A stretch of 18,262 nucleotides of DNA from assembly GCA_016840065.1 (NCBI GenBank), contig JAEOTB010000081.1:1-18262 (forward strand), given 5' to 3'. Source of the stretch: Candidatus Hermodarchaeota archaeon. Its GTDB lineage: Archaea; Asgardarchaeota; Hermodarchaeia; Hermodarchaeales; Hermodarchaeaceae. Below are positions 1-7,800 of this stretch, in pieces (positions within the stretch are counted from its first letter, which is position 1; each line of letters begins with the position of its first letter). The notes beneath the pieces were generated by a model. That model was not told the origin of the DNA. It did not search any database and saw nothing but the letters and a program-made list of their open reading frames with translations. The translations under genes and the position numbers were made by a program.

Positions 1-1477
1 ACTCCTTAGACGCGCCAGCCATCTCACCAATCCCACCCGCATTATCCGCGATGGGGCCAAAACTATCCATAGCAACATTATTCCCGGTGTGGGTTAGAGC
101 GCCGATACCTATGAGTCCGATGCCGTATAGGACGTAGTCTAGTGTTGCTCCGGTGTAGATGAGGGCGGAGGAGACGAAGGTAGCGGCAATCACTAAGAGT
201 ATCCAGACTGCAGCCTCGTATCCTGCAGATATCCCTGAGAGCATTATCGTGGCTGGTCCTCCGTCGGCTGCGTCGACAATTTCCTTCACTGGTTTGTGAC
301 GGTGACTTGTGAAGTAGTTGGTGATAGGGTTGAAACTTACAGCCAAGCCTACGCCTATCGTGATGAGGATGGCAGGTCTAATGTCTGGTATGGAAAGCCC
401 GCCTATAGTCCATGGTAGAAGACCTGCAAAGGATGTATAGAACCAGGCGAGGATAAATGTCACGATGATGGTGAAGAGGCTAGAAACCTCATAGGACTGG
501 AACATCGCCTTCTCAGCCTTATCGGTCTTCCAAACAGCCACCATAAAGGTACCAATCATGGAAGAGATAACACCAATCGCACGAACGGTAAGCGGGAAAA
601 TGATCCAGAATACATTATTAGTCGCTACGTAAAGAACAAGCCCAAGGATGAGGGCAGAAACAATAGTAACCTCATAACTCTCAAAGATGTCAGCCGCCAT
701 ACCGGCGCAATCTCCTACATTGTCGCCTACTAGGTCTGCTATTACGGCTGCGTTTCTGGGGTCGTCTTCGGGGAGGTCTGCTTCGACTTTGCCGACGAGG
801 TCTGCGCCTACGTCTGCGGCTTTGGTGTAGATTCCGCCGCCGATTCGCATGAAGAGGGCGATGAGGGTTCCTCCGAATCCGAAGCCGAGGAGAGCATCGG
901 GGGCGGCGGTGCCGAAGATGATGAATATCATGGTGCCACCGAGGAGTCCGAGTCCGTCGGTGAGCATTCCTGTGAATGTTCCGCCGTGGTAGGCGATTTT
1001 GAGGGCTTCGCGGTAGGACCTGGCGGAGGCGGAGGCTACTCGGATGTTTGCCTCAATAGCAATCCGCATTCCCCATTGGCCCACGATGAGGGAGAAGGAT
1101 GCGCCTATTACGAAGGCGATGGCGCGGCCGATTGCGACGATGCGCTGGGTCTCCTGGTACGTGTACCCTCCTGCTGTGTGAAAGACCGCGAGGGCTTCGT
1201 GGCTGGGTGGTACGATGTAGACGGAGAAGAAGAGGACAACAGTGAGCAAGCCGATGAAAGGTAGTATAGATTTGAGTTGGCGGCTCAGGTAGGCGTTTGC
1301 GCCCTCCTTGATTGCCTGCCATACTTCTTGCATCTTTTTGGTGCCTTTGTCTGCTCTTAGAACGCTCTTGCGGAGCCAGACCGCGTATATCAGGCTCAGT
1401 ATTGCTGCTATAATCACTGTGCCTATGGCGAACTGTTCAAAGATACCTAAACTGAGGAATGTGTCAAAGAACGTCAT
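1..1477 (-). CDS. hppA: Membrane-bound H+/Na+-translocating pyrophosphatase (V-PPase), 3' end beyond window; probably the divergent subfamily
   Basis: Not in the ORF track because there is no stop in the window. Manual translation from ATG at 1477 gives MTFFDTFLSLGIFEQFAIG...GTKKMQEVWQAIKEGANAYL...LFMRIGGGIYTKAADVGADLVGKVEADLPEDDPRNAAVIADLVGDNVGDCAGMAADIFESYEVT...MDSFGPIADNAGGIGEMAG. These are the signature M-PPase motifs (DVGADLVGKVE, DNVGD, GPIADNAGG). Confidence 0.97.
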   Translation of the reverse strand, partial: MTFFDTFLSLGIFEQFAIGTVIIAAILSLIYAVWLRKSVLRADKGTKKMQEVWQAIKEGANAYLSRQLKSILPFIGLLTVVLFFSVYIVPPSHEALAVFHTAGGYTYQETQRIVAIGRAIAFVIGASFSLIVGQWGMRIAIEANIRVASASARSYREALKIAYHGGTFTGMLTDGLGLLGGTMIFIIFGTAAPDALLGFGFGGTLIALFMRIGGGIYTKAADVGADLVGKVEADLPEDDPRNAAVIADLVGDNVGDCAGMAADIFESYEVTIVSALILGLVLYVATNNVFWIIFPLTVRAIGVISSMIGTFMVAVWKTDKAEKAMFQSYEVSSLFTIIVTFILAWFYTSFAGLLPWTIGGLSIPDIRPAILITIGVGLAVSFNPITNYFTSHRHKPVKEIVDAADGGPATIMLSGISAGYEAAVWILLVIAATFVSSALIYTGATLDYVLYGIGLIGIGALTHTGNNVAMDSFGPIADNAGGIGEMAGASKE

Positions 1478-1530
1478 GTGAATGCCCCATCCGTTGTCAC
1501 AGGATTTTACGCTACTCGTCAAGTTTTTCC

Positions 1531-1543
1531 ATTTAAGTGTTGG
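1531..1543 (-). promoter_or_regulatory. Candidate archaeal BRE/TATA promoter for hppA
   Basis: The minus strand reads CCAACACTTAAAT, about 55 nt upstream of the hppA ATG. It has the same CAAC + T/A-box layout as the candidates at 1608 and 15785. Confidence 0.35.
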
Positions 1544-1607
1544 TAGTGTGCAAACCTTTCAAGAACTATGAGGTACAACTTGTATTTCCCCTGTTTTCGC
1601 AACGAGT

Positions 1608-1622
1608 GCAACGCTTTTGTAG
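1608..1622 (+). promoter_or_regulatory. Candidate archaeal BRE/TATA promoter for the flavoprotein/Fe-S pair
   Basis: GCAACGCTTTTGTAG lies about 50 nt upstream of the TTG start. A GGAGG Shine-Dalgarno site follows at about 1657-1661. Confidence 0.3.
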
Positions 1623-1670
1623 TGCCTCACACATTTTTCCGCCACTAAAAGCATACGGAGGACCCTTGTA

Positions 1671-3128
1671 TTGACCAGTAATGTGGACAAGCTAGTCGCC
1701 GAAGCCTCCAAACTCATAGGCGACAAACACGTCACAACAAACCTTGCATTCCGCCGGAGCTACCTCGCCCGAAGCGTAATGGGCATCCGAGCAGGAATAG
1801 CAGAAGCGATCATAAAGCCGGGCAATGCCGAGGAAGTCCAAGGCATCGTCAAGCTATGCAACGAACTAAAAGTACCCATCAGTCCCTATTCTGGTGGGCT
1901 CAGCGGCGGATACGCCCAACCCCTCCGGGACGAAGGCATAATCCTAGACCTAGTACGCCTAAACAACATAATCGAAGTAGACATCGACAACCGCTACGTA
2001 GTAGTCGAACCAGGCGTCACATCAGGACAAGTCTGGGCTTACTTCCGCAAAGAATATCCAGAATGGGCACCACCAGTACCCGACGGTGCACCACCCCGCG
2101 CCACACTGATAGGTGACGCAGTGGAACGCGGCTTCAGCCTCGTCACCAGCAAATATGGACCACAAGGACGCATGATTAATGGGCTAGAAGTCATACTGCC
2201 CCGCGGCGACAAGATACACACAGGCAGTTGGGCGATGAAAGGCGTCAAGCCCTTCTATCCCTGGGGTCCAGGTCCTGACTTCACCGGCCTATTCCTAGGC
2301 GCCCAAGGTACCATGGGCGTAATCACAAAAGCCGCCATCCGTATCATCCCCCACCCACCCCACATCGACCTAGTTGCTTGGGACTACGACAACCCTGAAG
2401 ACATGACCGATCACACCCTCGCAGTAGTAAAGAAGGAAGTCGGAGTGATGGTGCAGGGCGGCAACTGGTGGCTTGTACCCAGCAGAAAGGATGAGCGCGA
2501 GGTTCCTACGACCCTTGAGGCTTGGCGGAAAGAGAAATACTATATCCCGGCCTGGATGATGAACTTTGAACTCTGGGCTCATACTGAGAAGGAGCTGGAG
2601 AGCCAGCATGACATTATTCAGGAGGAGGCGGATAAGCTCATTAAGCAGGGTAGGAGTATGAAGCCCTGGGAGCTGCACCCTGCCGCTAAAGCTGGTCGTC
2701 TCAAGAAGCCGAACCTGATTGCTGTGCCGTATTCGATGCACCGCGCTGGTTTTGTCTTTATCACTTGGTATCTGCCCTTCGCTGACACCGCTGAGTTTAG
2801 CAATATTTGTGTAGAGACTATGGAGAAGCATGACCTCCCCCCGGTTGTCTGGGTTTCCAGCATCGAGCAGGGGCGCCAGTGCATTGGGATGCCTATTGTC
2901 TGTTTTGATAGTCGTACTGAGGCTGGCTATGAGCAGGCGGAGGCTTGGGACCGTGAGACCACCGAAATCTTCCACAAGAAGGGCTGGCTCAACTATCGTC
3001 CGAACGCCTTTATTCACTGGCCTGCAATGCGCCCGATGATGCCTGAGTATGTGGGTATGTTGAAGGAGCTGAAGGACCTGTGGGATCCAAACAGGATCAT
3101 GCATCCGGGTCGTCTCGATGTCGACTGA
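1671..3128 (+). CDS. FAD-binding oxidoreductase, VAO/PCMH (4-cresol dehydrogenase flavoprotein-like) family
   Basis: 485 aa, TTG start after GGAGG. FAD_binding_4 features: IIKPGNAEEVQGIVKLCNELKVPI, VVVEPGVT, GLEVILPRG, FLGAQGTMGVITK. C-terminal DPNRIMHPGR. The segments VPD...GDAVERG, YPWGPGPD and GWLNYR resemble vanillyl-alcohol oxidase / p-cresol methylhydroxylase. Substrate unknown. Confidence 0.88.
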   Translation: MTSNVDKLVAEASKLIGDKHVTTNLAFRRSYLARSVMGIRAGIAEAIIKPGNAEEVQGIVKLCNELKVPISPYSGGLSGGYAQPLRDEGIILDLVRLNNIIEVDIDNRYVVVEPGVTSGQVWAYFRKEYPEWAPPVPDGAPPRATLIGDAVERGFSLVTSKYGPQGRMINGLEVILPRGDKIHTGSWAMKGVKPFYPWGPGPDFTGLFLGAQGTMGVITKAAIRIIPHPPHIDLVAWDYDNPEDMTDHTLAVVKKEVGVMVQGGNWWLVPSRKDEREVPTTLEAWRKEKYYIPAWMMNFELWAHTEKELESQHDIIQEEADKLIKQGRSMKPWELHPAAKAGRLKKPNLIAVPYSMHRAGFVFITWYLPFADTAEFSNICVETMEKHDLPPVVWVSSIEQGRQCIGMPIVCFDSRTEAGYEQAEAWDRETTEIFHKKGWLNYRPNAFIHWPAMRPMMPEYVGMLKELKDLWDPNRIMHPGRLDVD

Positions 3129-3212
3129 TTCGTACTGGAAAATAGACAAAGTGTAAAAGGAACGATACGATTGGAAATTTGTTAGTTGATGAGAATGATG
3201 GAGGATTTCTGA

Positions 3213-4430
3213 ATGACCGAATCTGATCACAGTAAAACAAAACTTGAAGATTTTCGACTGGAAGTGGCTCGCTGCATCCACTGCAAAGCCTGCTCCCTCT
3301 CCGATGCGGACAACCCCAGTGGAGGCTTTCATCCTGGCTGCCCCGCATGGCATGCCATGGAGTGGGAGGCCTACGGTGGTGGCGCTAAGATGTGGCTTGC
3401 GCGCCAGATCCTTGATGGCCAATACAAGCTGGGCGAGGAAGCCCTGGATATGCTCTACCGTTGTAGCACCTGTGGCAATTGCGAAGCCCAATGTGAGAAC
3501 GAGCTTCCCACAGTTGACATTATTGAGGCGATGCGGGCAGAAGCAGTCAAGGCAGGGCTTGGACCCCTGGATAAGCAGAAGGTGTACTCGAAGGCTGCTG
3601 AGGAAAAACGTAACCCATATAATGAGCCACACGAAGACCGGACAGCGTGGGTTCCTGCCGAGTTTAAGCTCAAGGATAAAGCTGATGTTGTCTACTTTGT
3701 CGGCTGTACTGCAAGCTATCGTTTAAAGGAGCTTGCTGTTTCCACGATGCGGGTTATGCAGAAGCTTGGTACAGATTTGACAGTGAAAGAGGACGAGTAC
3801 TGCTGCGCTTCACCCCTGATTCGGGTGGGTAAAGTGGATACCATCCCCAAATTTGTCAAGCACAATGTTGAGCTCTTCAAGGCAGCAGGAGCCAAGGTTG
3901 TGGTCTCATCGTGCGCGGGGTGTTTCCGCACAATGACAAGAGACTGGCCCAAGTACTACGGGAAACTCCCCTTCGAGGTCAAGCACAGCGTCAACTTTAT
4001 CGCCGAGTTGCTGGAGGCAGGCAAAGCGAAGTTGAAACCCATCAAGGGAATGATTGCAACCTATCATGATCCTTGCCACTATGGTCGTCACATTGGCCAG
4101 TTAATCAAGAGCAAGCGTAAGCGTGCTGAGTGGTTTGAGGTGCCCCGAAAGGTGCTTCGGGCACTTCTCGGTGACAACTTTGTTGAGATGCCGAGGAATC
4201 GGGATCACAGCTGGTGCTGCGGTGCTGGCGGCGGGGCCCGTGCTCAGTTTCCTGACTGGACTATGGATACCTCCATAGAACGAATCAGGGAGGCTGAGGC
4301 CACAGGAGCCAATACCCTCGTTTCTGCATGTCCTTTCTGTGAAACCTCTCTCCAGGCTGCGATTGAGAAGTCTGGGTCGAAGCTGAAACTGGTGGACATT
4401 ATCCAGCTTGTGGAACAAGCGCTCGAGTGA
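3213..4430 (+). CDS. (Fe-S)-binding protein, HdrD/GlcF type (2x 4Fe-4S + 2 CCG domains)
   Basis: 405 aa with GGAGG SD. Ferredoxin motifs CIHCKAC-x15-CP and CSTCGNCEAQC. CCG domain 1: YFVGC...YCCASP...SSCAGC. CCG domain 2: YHDPCH...WCCGAGGG...SACPFC. Confidence 0.93.
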   Translation: MTESDHSKTKLEDFRLEVARCIHCKACSLSDADNPSGGFHPGCPAWHAMEWEAYGGGAKMWLARQILDGQYKLGEEALDMLYRCSTCGNCEAQCENELPTVDIIEAMRAEAVKAGLGPLDKQKVYSKAAEEKRNPYNEPHEDRTAWVPAEFKLKDKADVVYFVGCTASYRLKELAVSTMRVMQKLGTDLTVKEDEYCCASPLIRVGKVDTIPKFVKHNVELFKAAGAKVVVSSCAGCFRTMTRDWPKYYGKLPFEVKHSVNFIAELLEAGKAKLKPIKGMIATYHDPCHYGRHIGQLIKSKRKRAEWFEVPRKVLRALLGDNFVEMPRNRDHSWCCGAGGGARAQFPDWTMDTSIERIREAEATGANTLVSACPFCETSLQAAIEKSGSKLKLVDIIQLVEQALE

Positions 4431-4474
4431 TGTCATAACAAGCCCAGCTAGAGCTTGTGAATCACATTAGCTGT

Positions 4475-4837
4475 CTAGTCGGTGTCTAGTGAAGCTACCG
4501 CGCTGAGCAGTGCTGCTATTCCGACTGGTTTAACCATGAATAGGTCAGCACCAGCATCTAGGGACGTTGTTTTCACTGTCTCGTCAGCGCTGATGAAGAT
4601 AATCAAGCATTTGGGGAGTGCCGTTTTCAACTCCTTAGTTGCAGTTAGTCCATCCATAACAGGCATCCGGTGGTCCATGATGACAATACTAGGTTTTGAT
4701 TCGAGCTTGTGAATCTTCTCTAGAGCCTCTGCACCATGGAAGGCTACACCCACAACTTTGTGGCCTCCCTGTTCTAGAATTGCTCCATATATCTGATGGA
4801 GGAGCGCCTCGTCCTCCACGATGAAGACAGTTGCTAT
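4475..4837 (-). CDS. Single-domain (CheY-like) response regulator
   Basis: REC motifs: (IA)TVFIVEDE acidic pocket, IVIMDHRMPVMDG phospho-Asp, FISAD, GADLFMVKP. The ORF-track GTG at 4819 cuts off strand beta-1. The likely start is ATA at 4837 (see findings). Confidence 0.9.
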   Translation of the reverse strand: MATVFIVEDEALLHQIYGAILEQGGHKVVGVAFHGAEALEKIHKLESKPSIVIMDHRMPVMDGLTATKELKTALPKCLIIFISADETVKTTSLDAGADLFMVKPVGIAALLSAVASLDTD

Positions 4838-7800
4838 TCTGTATCCCCCCTTGGTAATAGAACAACAAAACTGGCTCCTTGAGTGTGGTCGCCAGGCACT
4901 CGGTCCTCAACCCAAATTCTCCCTCGATATCGGGTAACAATGCGCTGAACTAGGGTGAGTCCAATTCCGCGCCCACGTACTCCCCGCTCACCTCTCTCCT
5001 TGGAGGACAAACGGGCAAAGATTTGCTCTTTGTCACCATCTGAAATTCCAGGTCCCCAATCCTGAATCTGTATCTTTAGGAATTCCTCTTCCTCTTCTAC
5101 CAGGACATCAACGTGAACCTCTTCTCGCCGATCATATCGCATAGCGTTATGTAATAGATTGAAGAACATATCATAGAGGAATTCATCAACTTGGGCATAG
5201 TACTTCCCTGGGGAGATGGGGGTGTGGATGTTTAGTTTCCGTTGTGGATAACTATCCCGTATAGCATCGGCTGCAGCGAAAAGCGGCTCTGAAATGTCAG
5301 ACTGCGCTCTTTTTAGTGGAGCAGTATCTATGAGGGCGAATTTCTTCACCTTTGAGATAAGGTCGGAGCTCCGAACTAATTGTGCTAATGCCGTCTGCAC
5401 AAACTCTCTTACTTGTATTGGAAGATTCGATTCTAAGAGCACCAACTCTAGAAGTGAAAGGATGGCTTGGTGAATGTTTGTTAAATCATGGACCATCAGG
5501 TCATTGAAGAACTCGGCTCTGGCTCTTGATTCAAACGCCACTTCTTCAGCCTCTTTACGCTCAGTAATATCAATGAGTACTCCTTCAATTGCGGTCACTT
5601 GGTAGTCAGGATTGTAGAGTCCTCGCATGTTATCATGCAGCCAACGGATGGTTCCGTCCTTTCTGATGATGCGATACTCCAGCTCTCCAATGGCACCAGG
5701 CACTTTACCCATCCGATCGAAATCCTTCTGCAACCGAGCCCAATCATCAGGATAGATTACTTGGTCCCATTTAATCCGTCCTGATACAAAGTCCTCCTCA
5801 GTGTACCCTGTAATGGACTGTACAGCCCCATGAAAGAATTCAATTGAATAATCAGGTTGTGACCTGTACGCTATTCCTAGAAAGTTTTCAACAAAGGAAC
5901 GGTACTTGGCTTCTGATTCCCGAAGCTGTTCCTCTGTTTCTCTTCTGTCGGTGATGTCTGTTGAATTTGAGACAAGAGCAACTGCTCGACCAGATTCGAG
6001 GATTGGTGAGACTCGAACCTCAAACACCTGGACCGTTCCATCTTCTTGCTGGTTCTCGCTATAGAAGGTTTCAGGTTTGCCCGTTACCCAGACTCGTTTA
6101 TAGCAGTCAGATGCAGTTTGCTGGAAATCTGGCGAGATGAAATCAAGGATTGATTTACCCAATACTTCTCTCATTGTAAGATTTACCAGAATCCGGTTAA
6201 TAAACAGAATCCGGAACTTCTGGTCCAAAAGGATGATTTGGTCAGGGGAGTTCTCAGTGACAGACCGCAATCTTTCCTCCGAATCTAGGAGGGCCTGCTC
6301 CATCTGTCTACGCTCTGTGATGTCTTCCCCAGAGCTCAAGGAACCAAGTATGTTCCCTTCCTCATCACGAAAGATGACAGTGTGCCATGCTATGAGCCTC
6401 TCTTCACCCTTGCTAGTAAGAATTGGGTTCTCATGATACTCCACAGGGTCAACTTCACCCTTCAGCTGGGCATACACCTGTTTCACATCCTTGTGGAACC
6501 GTTCAGGGAGAAAGTTATCGAACCAGTTTTTACCCATAGCTTCTTCTTCATAGACTCCAAGCAGCTCGCATCCCTTCCGGTTAATGAGGATTATTTCCTC
6601 TTGAGTGTCCAGCGCTACAAGGATAACTCCTGCCACATCAAGATACTGCTGCGCACGGTCCCGTTCTCGTCGTAGGGCTGTATCGATTTGTTTACGCTCC
6701 GTAATGTCAAGGAGAACACCCTCTACTTGGGTAACAATTCCTGTTTCATCGCTGATGTTTCGTATTCTTTCATGCATCCAACGAATGTGCCCCTCTCGAT
6801 GAATAATTCGATACTCGCGCCTTGTAGATGCTCCTGGCACCGTCCCCATTTCCTTCCACCCTACTTCGATCTGCCCCCAGTCATCAGGGTGAATCATCTG
6901 CATCCAATTTACGCGACCTGACACAAAATCGTCTTCAGTATAACCTGTGATGGCCTCGGCAGCGCCCTGAAAGAACAAAGGTGCACCATTGATATCTGCA
7001 CGATACGCGATACCAGGAAAGTTCTCAACAAAAGACCTGTACTTCCTTTCAGACTCCTGTAGTGCCTCTTGTGCCAGTTTGAGTTCAGTAATATCGTAAA
7101 AAGTAGTGTAGACTTGGTAGGGTTGTTCGTCGCCAGTTCTGAATTGGGGAACAGCACCGATTCTAATCCACCGGGTAATATCTTCAGCTGGGTTGTAGAC
7201 ACCCATTATCACGTCGTGAACTTCTTCGCCAGTCTTCAACGCAACCATCGCGGGGTGGGATTCGCCTGGGAAGTCTGAACCGTCTTCTTTAATGGATCTC
7301 CATTGAGGATCAACTGAGGTTCTGCCCTGCATCTGGTCTAGAGATAATCCTAGAATGCGTTCAGCAGCAGGGTTTGCAGAGGTGATTTCACCACTGGCAT
7401 TCTGGTAGACAACGCCCTGAGCCATAGTTTCGAAGAGGGTTCGGTACGTTTTCTCGTTCTCTCGCAGCGCCTGCCCTATTCTTGCTCGGGTGATGGCCGT
7501 GCCAATTTGAGTAGCAATCATCTCAAGGGCTGTGCGTCCGTGAGCTGAAATCACATCTTTGGTATGGGATGCAACGTTTAAGCAGGCAATAACTCTGTTC
7601 TCATGGCTAACAGGAATCATTGCTAAAACCTTCAGCCCCTCACTTCTATCAATTTGTTCACTGGGAACGGGGAATTCCTCGTAATTGAGGTAAACGGGAT
7701 CTCCCTTCATCACTAACTGATTATTCGGTGAACCAGCTTCGTAGTAACCTACATTCTTTACAAAGGATGGAGAAAGCCCCTTATGAATTAATAGTTCAAG

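Noticed and set aside
986-1322. Short ORFs 986-1264 (+) and 1053-1322 (-)
   Set aside because: Both overlap the clearly conserved hppA frame and are shadow ORFs.
3126-3215. Possible TGA readthrough or selenocysteine fusing the flavoprotein to the same-frame Fe-S gene
   Set aside because: Further in-frame stops (TAA and TGA) lie in the spacer, and the second gene has its own GGAGG SD.
2370-3632. 420-aa antisense ORF spanning the flavoprotein and Fe-S genes
   Set aside because: It is in codon register with both sense genes and stays open because the G/T-ending block lacks TTA/CTA/TCA codons. It ends at a CTA codon on entering the A/C block. No recognisable motifs, so it is a by-product of the skew.
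4438-4458. Hairpin ACAAGC...GCTTGT between convergent genes
   Set aside because: Only a 6-bp stem with no U-tract, too weak to call a terminator.
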